Source: an uncultured Methanosarcinales archaeon (GTDB lineage: Archaea; Nanobdellota; Nanobdellia; Woesearchaeales; DATGWN01). Taken from it: a stretch of 25,559 bases of DNA. The position numbers and the translations under genes are program-made. The notes below the pieces were generated by a model, which made no database searches, had not been told where the DNA came from, and saw nothing but the letters and a program-made list of their open reading frames with translations. The number at the start of each line of letters is the position of its first letter. The stretch's first letter is position 1. Below are positions 16,600 through 24,124 of the stretch, in pieces. The stretch lies in assembly GCA_964525725.1 (NCBI GenBank), contig CAZGJY010000001.1, forward strand, positions 1-25,559. Direction: 5' to 3'.

Positions 16600-16848
16600 A
16601 TGGTAAAAAAGCGTTCTCACAAGAAAATGAAGAAATCAGGTTTCGCCCTTAAAAAAACGAAGAAGAAAGCATCTAAAAAAAGCTCACTTGCAAAAAAATC
16701 CCGTAAAAAGGGCGCAGTTGCAAAAAAAGTACGAAGACCGGTTATCAAACGAGTTCCGAAACCGCAAGTCACGTTCATCCCTGAGCCTTGGTCCAAAGTC
16801 GCGAAGTACAAGAAGATCAAGAAAGATGGTTATGGCGGTTATTGGTAA
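16600..16848 (+). CDS. Small, very basic Lys-rich protein (82 aa)
   Basis: 27 Lys and 5 Arg against 2 acidic residues (my count), ending KKDGYGGYW. ATTAATTAA upstream and a T-rich tract after the stop. Confidence 0.75.
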   Translation: MVKKRSHKKMKKSGFALKKTKKKASKKSSLAKKSRKKGAVAKKVRRPVIKRVPKPQVTFIPEPWSKVAKYKKIKKDGYGGYW

Positions 16849-16952
16849 TTTTTAGGATTTTTTCTTTGAGTTTTATTTCTTGGATGATGCATTTGTTATT
16901 TTAGGTAGTCATAGGCAGTACTTATTTAAAACAAACCGTTGCAAATAGTATA

Positions 16953-18161
16953 ATGACTGATTCGCAAATCTTGGCGCCATTCTTAAGACGTGCTATTGAA
17001 TTTTTGAATAGTCTTAAAATTAAACTGAACGACAAGCCTGATGAAATTACCGAAAAATTAACAATTATCATACAAGTAGATCGGCAAATCACGCAAAGAA
17101 TTTTAGACTTGCGAGCCACGCAAATCCATCCTGAACTCTACAAAGAAATTTATGACTTTCTTGACTCATTCCAGAATCAAATAAGGAGATTATTAGCACG
17201 AAAGGTTGCTGCATCAGACATATTAAGTCTGGCAAAAGACTTAGATCGTTTAATTTCGCACCTTAACCAAATAATTTTCCTTGAGGAAAGAAATCAGGCA
17301 ATCGCTGCAAAGACTCAGTTTAGTAGAGATGTTTGCCATCGATTTGCTCAGCAATTTGATCAAAATGGCTATTATTTTGAAAACATAAATCAAAGAAATG
17401 CATTTTACCAGCTGGTGCAAATCGTTGAAGAGAGTTTACAGTTACCGTTAACCGCAGATCGAGGGCAAGCAAGTCTAAGATTTCGAGCAGTCCTTGATGC
17501 GTACTTTCCTACTGCCGGCATTCCAACAAATTCCCCCTCGTCAAATCATAAGTTTTGGCGTGCAAGTGAAGACAAAGATTATTTTTTGAAAGCGTTAAAG
17601 TCCTTAAAAAATAAAGGATATCTCGATATTTTGCAAGGATTGTTCACCGTTGATCTAGGGTGCGGCACGGATAATGTTGTCGACTACTATGCTCTTCATT
17701 CGTTTATTAAAAATGCAATATACATCGGGGTTGATTTAGACATTAGAAACTTCGTTATGCGATTTATTTGCACACGATACGGGGACCATACAACCGAAGA
17801 CTTTCTGCAAAAGGTGGATATTGTTGGAGATAATTTTGGATTCACGGATCTTAAGTTCAAAAAGTTGGATGGATATGTTCTGGCTGATATGCACAAACTT
17901 CCGCTTCCGGGCGATTGTGTTGGCCTGTTACTTGTCAATTATACTTATACTGATAATTACAAGCGTGACCTAAAAAATCGAGGGCAGTTCGTCGGCGCTA
18001 TAAATAACAACTTGTTGGTTCACGAAGTATTAAGAATATTATGCGAGGGAGGAATTTACCTCACCAATAATGTAGGCAGCAGTATTGGTGGGCTTGGCGT
18101 TTACCAAAAGAAAAATGGAGCATTAGTTGATCTGAGTCATGAGCTAGGTACGATTTACTGA
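16953..18161 (+). CDS. Helical N-terminal domain fused to a class I SAM-dependent methyltransferase domain
   Basis: VDLGCG (motif I), YIGVDLD, LADMHKLPLPGDCV, EVLRILCEGG in the C-terminal half. AT-rich, with TATTTAAA ending 22 nt before the ATG. Confidence 0.8.
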   Translation: MTDSQILAPFLRRAIEFLNSLKIKLNDKPDEITEKLTIIIQVDRQITQRILDLRATQIHPELYKEIYDFLDSFQNQIRRLLARKVAASDILSLAKDLDRLISHLNQIIFLEERNQAIAAKTQFSRDVCHRFAQQFDQNGYYFENINQRNAFYQLVQIVEESLQLPLTADRGQASLRFRAVLDAYFPTAGIPTNSPSSNHKFWRASEDKDYFLKALKSLKNKGYLDILQGLFTVDLGCGTDNVVDYYALHSFIKNAIYIGVDLDIRNFVMRFICTRYGDHTTEDFLQKVDIVGDNFGFTDLKFKKLDGYVLADMHKLPLPGDCVGLLLVNYTYTDNYKRDLKNRGQFVGAINNNLLVHEVLRILCEGGIYLTNNVGSSIGGLGVYQKKNGALVDLSHELGTIY

Positions 18162-18266
18162 TTGATTCTTCTTTGTTTATACAATTAGGTGACACTCTAA
18201 ATTTCAAACACCCTAAATCACTCGACAACGGCGCCACATAATATCAAAAAAAACTACAGCTGAAAA

Positions 18267-18731
18267 CTATTTCGTCATTTCTCGTCTTAACAGACTTCCT
18301 TTGTCGTACAAGTTCTTCACGACAACGCCGAACTTTCGCGCTGGATCGCAGACGAGTCCGAAGCCGAGTATCTCATGCTGTTTGTTCTTGACTAAAACAA
18401 GCGTGTCTCGATACGCCGTCGGCTCGATGCCGCTCGCGTCGATGATATCTCTGCCGCACAGATAGAGCCATGCGACTTTGTCATCGACGGTTATCGATTG
18501 CTTCGTTTCTCTGAGAAAGAGATCGATGAACAGCGCCGTCGGGCGGAATTCATTCTTGACGAGCTCGCCCAAGATGATGCCGCCGCCAATCACCGGTTGT
18601 CGTGCGTCGAGCACTGCAGCTTGCGCCGGCGTGAAGAGGAAGAGTTCCTTATTGATCGCCCGCAGGACGTGCGTCGGCGGGACGACAAACGTCACGCCGA
18701 ATTTCTCGCAGAATTGTTCGATTGGTTTCAT
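18267..18731 (-). CDS. Nip7/UPF0113-like PUA-domain ribosome biogenesis protein
   Basis: GGGIILGE, FRPT, AWLYLCGRDI, VLVKNKQHEILGFG, KNLYDKGSLLRRE. Start moved to ATG 18731 because the 44 upstream codons overlap a structured element. Confidence 0.7.
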   Translation of the reverse strand: MKPIEQFCEKFGVTFVVPPTHVLRAINKELFLFTPAQAAVLDARQPVIGGGIILGELVKNEFRPTALFIDLFLRETKQSITVDDKVAWLYLCGRDIIDASGIEPTAYRDTLVLVKNKQHEILGFGLVCDPARKFGVVVKNLYDKGSLLRREMTK

Positions 18732-18766
18732 GGTGGTTATTGTTGTTTTTAGGCGAATATTTTGCT

Positions 18767-18867
18767 GACAGTGATGCGGTAAAAATCTGCTCGTCCCGAG
18801 CAGAGCGAGCGTCGAACCGCCTGCATGAATCGGCGGTTCTCCTGAGAAATACCAAGGCATCACTGTC
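18767..18867. ncRNA. Candidate structured RNA (or ssDNA) element: multibranched fold of unknown class
   Basis: Outer 11-bp stem 18767-18777/18857-18867, 3-nt bulge, 4-bp helix 18778-18781/18850-18853, and hairpins 18786-18793/18797-18804 and 18814-18821/18832-18839 (8 bp each). All pairs are Watson-Crick. Confidence 0.55.
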
Positions 18868-18897
18868 CGTGGTTATCTGTATATGTGATTATTTTAT

Positions 18898-19818
18898 TTA
18901 ATCGACGAGCTCGACTTCGATTCCAAGTCGGCGCTTGATCTTTGAGAAGACGCTGTGCTTCTCTGCTTCAATGTTAAGTCCTTTGATCATAGCTTCTTTT
19001 GCTGCAAGATCAGTCTTGTTCGCTGCGATCTTCTGATCGATGAGCTCAAGCTTGCCGGCAAGGTCTTGGAGATCGAGATCATAGAATGAATTGCGATAGC
19101 GTGTGTTCGGGTTCTTGACGGCAATCTTCTCATGGCGGTATCGGTCGTCGTGCTCGATGTCGCTCATCTTTATCTTGAGACGGTTCGCTTCGAGCTGGAG
19201 CGCTTTGATATTCTCTTGCCGTTTGACGACGACTTCTTTGACGCGGCTGACTTCTTCCATTTTTTTATGGACATTGTAGATGCTGCGTTGGATGGAGAGA
19301 TATGTCTGGTAATCAGAATCTTCGAAAATATCGTTCGCTTGGCGGACATTCACTTTGATGCGCTCAAGGATGTCGTGGCAGTGTTTTGTCTGCACCGGCA
19401 AAAGTTCTGAGAGCGATCGATGTCCGCGAGTGAGGATGTCGTCGCAGACGGACAAATATTGCGGCATCGTCTCGTAGAGATCTTTGATGCCAATCGTGTC
19501 TGTCGGAGCCGATTTGACTGCGTCAGTGATAGAATGCATCGCATTGATGAGCAATTTGCGATGATCGATTGTGAGTTGATGGATGTGGACTTTGGCTTCT
19601 GAGACAATCGCTTGCGAAAGTGTGATGCTTGCAGAGTCGAGCTCTTGTGTGAGGTCTTGGAGCGACTGGAAATTTGTCTGCACTTGTCGCTGCACTGGTT
19701 CGAGGACAGTGCGAAACTGCAGATCGACCCATTTCTCTAATTTATCCATGCGGACAGCTGCGCGCTCATACTTCGGCTGAGAGCGGAACTGATTCGCAAA
19801 ACGATTGAACCATTTCAT
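18898..19818 (-). CDS. Hypothetical long coiled-coil protein
   Basis: 306-aa helical, charged ORF. TTTATAAA (19842-19849) lies 23 nt before its ATG. Confidence 0.85.
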   Translation of the reverse strand: MKWFNRFANQFRSQPKYERAAVRMDKLEKWVDLQFRTVLEPVQRQVQTNFQSLQDLTQELDSASITLSQAIVSEAKVHIHQLTIDHRKLLINAMHSITDAVKSAPTDTIGIKDLYETMPQYLSVCDDILTRGHRSLSELLPVQTKHCHDILERIKVNVRQANDIFEDSDYQTYLSIQRSIYNVHKKMEEVSRVKEVVVKRQENIKALQLEANRLKIKMSDIEHDDRYRHEKIAVKNPNTRYRNSFYDLDLQDLAGKLELIDQKIAANKTDLAAKEAMIKGLNIEAEKHSVFSKIKRRLGIEVELVD

Positions 19819-19841
19819 AGCAAAAAGAGGCAGTATAGAAC

Positions 19842-19849
19842 TTTATAAA
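19842..19849 (-). promoter_or_regulatory. TATA-like box (palindromic TTTATAAA)
   Basis: 23 nt upstream of the ATG at 19818. Confidence 0.55.
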
Positions 19850-20133
19850 TCTATTGCCGACGAGAAACAGAGAAAGAAACAGAATAAAGATGGCAAATGA
19901 TGACACCAATGGGAATCTTTTGTGGATGTACAATTGCCGCGAACAGCGATATTGCAATGGTATGGTGGGAAAGAATATATTATTTCGTCCAAAGCCATAT
20001 AAAGCGGTCGTTGCTAGAAACTCAGTTGATCAGACGATGCGAAATATGCTGCGGCAAAGAAGCAGAGCAATCAGGGATTGAAATAATCAAACCTTGAAAT
20101 CTGCGACGTTTGCATCCTGAGGATCCAGAAAAA

Positions 20134-20919
20134 ATGGCGAAAGCGACAACAACAAAAGTGTCTTCATTCCTGATTTCTCGCATCAAAGGGATCATCTTCG
20201 ATCTTGACAATACACTTTACAATTATGAACCAGCGCACCGCGCAGGTCTCATCGCGAGCCATAAAAAATATCCGGTGAACTCAAGTTTTGCGAAATATGT
20301 CGCAAAGTATGAAACTGCACGGATAAACAACGAGCAATTCCTCTTCGGTACGGGCTCGAGCCATAATCGTCTATTGTATTTCCAACGAATGCTCGAGGCA
20401 GAAGCCGATGTTATGGGGGATACAACTAATTCGTGTTTTTCTCCAAGCCTTGCTCTCGAGCTGACGAGCAGTTATTGGATCGCGTTCATCAAAGCGATGC
20501 GACTTGAACCAAACTTGCGAGAGACTCTTCTGTTTCTTGTCAGACGATACAAACTCGGCATATTGAGTGATCTGACTGCCGACATCCAATTCGCAAAAAT
20601 CACTGCGCACCGATTGTGGCCGTTCTTCGATGCAATCGTTGTGAGCGAAGAAGCTGGCGCCGAGAAACCGAGCATTGTCGGGCTGAGGATGTTGCTGCGA
20701 AAGATGCATCTGCACGCAAACCAAGTGATTCTCGTGGGAGATAATCCGGCGGCAGACGGACTTTGCGCACAACAATTACGAATTCCATTCATCCAAATAG
20801 TGCGACCAGATATGCAACATATGAAAAAAACAGGAAAGGGCGCATCAAATAAATCGGGTATCAAGATATGGCGAAAAATAAAGAAGCTGCAGGAACTGAA
20901 GACAATTCTCGCGGCGTAG
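20134..20919 (+). CDS. HAD-superfamily hydrolase, subfamily IA (YjjG/PynA-like)
   Basis: Motif I IIFDLDNTLY, motif II ILSD, motif III EKP, motif IV VGDNPAADG. ATG 20134 preferred to TTG 20110. Confidence 0.88.
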   Translation: MAKATTTKVSSFLISRIKGIIFDLDNTLYNYEPAHRAGLIASHKKYPVNSSFAKYVAKYETARINNEQFLFGTGSSHNRLLYFQRMLEAEADVMGDTTNSCFSPSLALELTSSYWIAFIKAMRLEPNLRETLLFLVRRYKLGILSDLTADIQFAKITAHRLWPFFDAIVVSEEAGAEKPSIVGLRMLLRKMHLHANQVILVGDNPAADGLCAQQLRIPFIQIVRPDMQHMKKTGKGASNKSGIKIWRKIKKLQELKTILAA

Positions 20920-21677
20920 TCATCACATTCGAAGGGATAGAAGGATGTGGCAAGGGCACACAAGTCGCAATCTTAGCTGAGCGTCTCAAGAAAGAAGGAT
21001 TCCCCGTCTCCATCCTCAAATATTATGAGCCTGGTGGAACGCCGCTCGCAGATCATATCCGTGCAATCCTCAAGCAAAATATCGACAAACCAGGGCAGCA
21101 AAGCCTCGTCTCGATCGGCGCGCTGCTCGCGACGTATGAGATGGATCCGTTGACGCAAGCATTTCTTTTCTTTGCAGCGCGTGCGCATCAATTCCACTTC
21201 AAGCTCAAGAAAGAGATTGAAGAAGGAAAAATTGTGATCCTCGATCGTTCCGTCGACTCGACGATTGTCTATCAAGGCTATGCGCAGGATCCGAGCTTGA
21301 TTCCGTTGCTGCGCGCGAACAACAATGCATGCCTTTCTGCGAACGGCATCCGTATCGCAAAAACAATCATCCTCGATATCTCCGTCGAAGTCGCGATGTC
21401 ACGCATCGCTGATCGGAAGAAATTCGACCGCTTCGATTCGCAGAAACGTGAGTTCTTCGAGAAGCTGCGCGACGGATATATGGCGGAAGTCACTTTCAGC
21501 AACAGCGATAAGCTTTCTGCGCAGCGAAAAAAATATGGCGAGGAGAAAGGGCGCATCATCGCGATCGATGGAACTCGCACTCCTGAAAAGATTGCGCAAG
21601 AGATTTATGAGATTGTCCTCCCCCTTATCGCCAGCACAACAAAACTTCCGCAGTTAGGCTCATTCGTGAAGAAATAA
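20868..21677 (+). CDS. tmk: Thymidylate (dTMP) kinase, bacterial-type
   Basis: ITFEGIEGCGKGTQ, YEPGGT, LFFAARAHQ, ILDRSVDSTIVYQG, DRFD, IDGT. Overlaps the HAD gene by 52 nt. Confidence 0.93.
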   Translation: MAKNKEAAGTEDNSRGVVITFEGIEGCGKGTQVAILAERLKKEGFPVSILKYYEPGGTPLADHIRAILKQNIDKPGQQSLVSIGALLATYEMDPLTQAFLFFAARAHQFHFKLKKEIEEGKIVILDRSVDSTIVYQGYAQDPSLIPLLRANNNACLSANGIRIAKTIILDISVEVAMSRIADRKKFDRFDSQKREFFEKLRDGYMAEVTFSNSDKLSAQRKKYGEEKGRIIAIDGTRTPEKIAQEIYEIVLPLIASTTKLPQLGSFVKK

Positions 21678-21800
21678 AAAAAGAACAATAGTTTTTGATA
21701 AAGACGACTGTACACATCTTCGTGCACGGCAAATAGCAATGGATTTGGAATATTTTATAATGTACTATTCTTCAAATATAAATAAAAACACGAGTGATTA

Positions 21801-22634
21801 ATGACGTTAGACAATAGCAAAATACAATATGTGCGAACATTGGCACATGCGTCAGCTACAACGCGTGAAAGATGCATTTCTCTCTTTAATCTTAAGAAAG
21901 GATATGATATAATGCTGGTTAACGAGTCGTCCAATACTGAATTATTTAATAAAGGCGCCAAGAATGTCATTTTACTCATCAATCAAGAGATCAAGATATA
22001 TGAACGAATACTCCGCTGGTATCGGGCGGCTCATCAATTTGCAAGATATGAACAATTTCTTGAACTTGCAGAAAGTGCAGCGGTAGAAAAACAAGCAGGA
22101 GAAATTCTTGTCGAAACCGTCAATAGCGCAAAAAGTATCGACACAGATATTATCAGCACATATGAATCTTTGAAAGAACAATGGTCTTCGTTGTCTGAAA
22201 ATAAGATACAGATGAAAATGTATTACGCTGCACTAGACAAACAACAAGCACTCATGAAAAGCATGGCTGAGAAAACAGAGCGTCTCAATAAACTAATAAT
22301 GCCATTGTTCACAAAGTATAAGCAACTCATCATGTTGAGTATACAAACTATGATCGGGTCAGAAATCGCCTTGCGGACTGGCGAATTAGCAATAAAACGT
22401 TGGCAATCAGATATATATGCTACTTTTTCAGATGCAGAGAAAATTATGTTTTCAATGACAAGCATTCAGATGAGCGGTATTGCAATCTTTGCGGCTCTAT
22501 TCACGCTATTCAATTTGTATTGTAAAACCCAAGATAAGCGAATATGGGAGCAGTCAAGTGATGCATATGCCGCATTTCGTGAACGTATTCGTACTCTTTT
22601 CTCAAGAGACGATACGAATATTCCGCTGGAATAA
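21801..22634 (+). CDS. Hypothetical helical protein with a C-terminal hydrophobic segment
   Basis: 277-aa AT-rich ORF: heptad-like helices, then MSGIAIFAALFTLFNLY. Confidence 0.78.
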   Translation: MTLDNSKIQYVRTLAHASATTRERCISLFNLKKGYDIMLVNESSNTELFNKGAKNVILLINQEIKIYERILRWYRAAHQFARYEQFLELAESAAVEKQAGEILVETVNSAKSIDTDIISTYESLKEQWSSLSENKIQMKMYYAALDKQQALMKSMAEKTERLNKLIMPLFTKYKQLIMLSIQTMIGSEIALRTGELAIKRWQSDIYATFSDAEKIMFSMTSIQMSGIAIFAALFTLFNLYCKTQDKRIWEQSSDAYAAFRERIRTLFSRDDTNIPLE

Positions 22635-22696
22635 AAAATCGAATTGCGGCAGTACTTATGCATTTGACCATTTCTCAAAATTGCCTCTACATATTT

Positions 22697-23215
22697 TTAT
22701 CTGACTGTGCCGAAGAGGAAGACAAGCGTCACAAGCGCGAGGACTGAGATGAAGTCCGCCGTCAAGTTGAATGCTTTGTAGAAGACCTGTCGACGTTTGA
22801 CGGTGAGCGTTTTATGCTTCGTATACGGTTCGACGAGAAGCGAACCAGCCGGCAAACCGTAGAGAAAAACGATGCTTGCGAGCAAGAATACTGCGCTCGG
22901 GTCTTTTGACGTCATCAGAAGAAGGACTGCTGCAACGACATAAAATTCTTGCAGATGAAACGTCCATCTCTTGTGAACGACGCGAAAGAAAATATATGTG
23001 ATGAAGAGGAGCAAGAGCGACGGCCACTCCTCGCGCATCAAGTAAATGACTGTGAGAACGAGGATGAAGAACAGCGCGTCTTTGCCGAGCTGCAGATATT
23101 TTTTCCCCGGCGTGAGCTCTTCGGGTGAATTGATGCCGAGCATGACGCCGACATAGAGCCCGAAATAGCTGACGATGAGCGCGAAGACGAATTGGAGGAC
23201 GGATAACATATTCAT
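22697..23215 (-). CDS. Hypothetical multi-pass membrane protein
   Basis: Several TM segments, SPEELTPGKKY loop, LYGLPAGSL. Host-like codon usage. Confidence 0.85.
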   Translation of the reverse strand: MNMLSVLQFVFALIVSYFGLYVGVMLGINSPEELTPGKKYLQLGKDALFFILVLTVIYLMREEWPSLLLLFITYIFFRVVHKRWTFHLQEFYVVAAVLLLMTSKDPSAVFLLASIVFLYGLPAGSLLVEPYTKHKTLTVKRRQVFYKAFNLTADFISVLALVTLVFLFGTVR

Positions 23216-23278
23216 GCTCTGTCCGTTTCTCGCTTAATAAAAGTGACGAAAAGAAAAGATGGACCGCGAGAAAATAAT

Positions 23279-24016
23279 TCAGTTCTCTTTTTCTTTCTCT
23301 ATTATTGCGACGTACATGAATTTGCCAGATTCGATGTATTTTTTCACTTTCCAACCCGTTCCTGCAAGTATATTCTCCATCTCTTTCTTTGAGACAAGCA
23401 GATAGTCGAACCATTCGCCGATATAATTCTGGAATCTGACTCGTATTTTCAATTGACCAGCCATCCTTCCTCTTTTTTTATTCAGTCTGTGATATGAAAG
23501 ATGCAAGGAATTAGCAGTATTATATGGGTCGTTGCTTTCGGCGATGATCAGTGCGTCGGGAGACGTGATTCTGTGCATGACTTTGAGCAAGCGCTTCGCT
23601 TTCTTGAAATCGCCGAACAATCCGAAGTTATTGCCAAACATGATTATTGTATCGAGCGAGTTTGGTTTGAATTTGTCGATTTTCTCGATAGGCATGATAC
23701 GAACTTTCTTGAGCCCTCGCTTTTTGCATACTGTTATCGCAAGCGGAGAATTGTCGATGCCGGTGACGTTGATATTCTTTTTTTGGAGATAGAGCCCGAC
23801 TCTGCCCGCGCCGCAACCGATGTCAAGAACGTTCCCTTTTGCGAAACGAATCGCTTTTTTCTGCCACGCTGGCCAGTCTTTGAATTGTGCGAAATAAGAT
23901 TTTGCGCCGCCCGATAATCCGACAAAGCCATCGTCTCGCTCTATAACTTCATACGAGTCTTTGCCATTGAATGCTGCCCAGACTTGTTGACCGTACGCGT
24001 CTTTGTTCTTGTGCAT
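23279..24016 (-). CDS. Class I SAM-dependent methyltransferase
   Basis: DAYG, IERDDG, VLDIGCGAGR, GIDNSP, DTIIMFGNNFG. TTTATAAG ends 23 nt before the ATG. Confidence 0.88.
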   Translation of the reverse strand: MHKNKDAYGQQVWAAFNGKDSYEVIERDDGFVGLSGGAKSYFAQFKDWPAWQKKAIRFAKGNVLDIGCGAGRVGLYLQKKNINVTGIDNSPLAITVCKKRGLKKVRIMPIEKIDKFKPNSLDTIIMFGNNFGLFGDFKKAKRLLKVMHRITSPDALIIAESNDPYNTANSLHLSYHRLNKKRGRMAGQLKIRVRFQNYIGEWFDYLLVSKKEMENILAGTGWKVKKYIESGKFMYVAIIEKEKEN

Positions 24017-24124
24017 GAGCAGTAGTACGACTGACGAATCTTATAAAATTTCTGAGTTGCATCAAGAAATAAAAAATTAATGAGAGAAAAATTTGAAGCT
24101 ACGATTTAAAATTAATGAAATTAA

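Noticed and set aside
18185-18200. Resemblance to the SP6 promoter (TTAGGTGACACTCTAA)
   Set aside because: Two mismatches to the vector sequence and no other vector sequence nearby; treated as chance.
18771-18845. Box C/D sRNA reading (GTGATGC as C box, CTGA as D box)
   Set aside because: The C-like box is fully Watson-Crick paired in the outer stem and the putative guide is locked in an 8-bp hairpin. Not excluded, but unsupported without an rRNA target search.
18767-18867. tRNA, 5S rRNA, SRP or RNase P RNA
   Set aside because: GGTTCGA on minus lacks a valid T-stem and D-arm; the spliced plus-strand loop GGTAAAG lacks U33; arm lengths and signature motifs of 5S, SRP and RNase P are absent.
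18842-18890. TPP riboswitch-like word CTGAGAAATACC on the plus strand
   Set aside because: The downstream half (UGAUCNGG..AAU.CC.GCG.AGG with the P5 hairpin) is missing, and no plus-strand gene follows for more than 1 kb.
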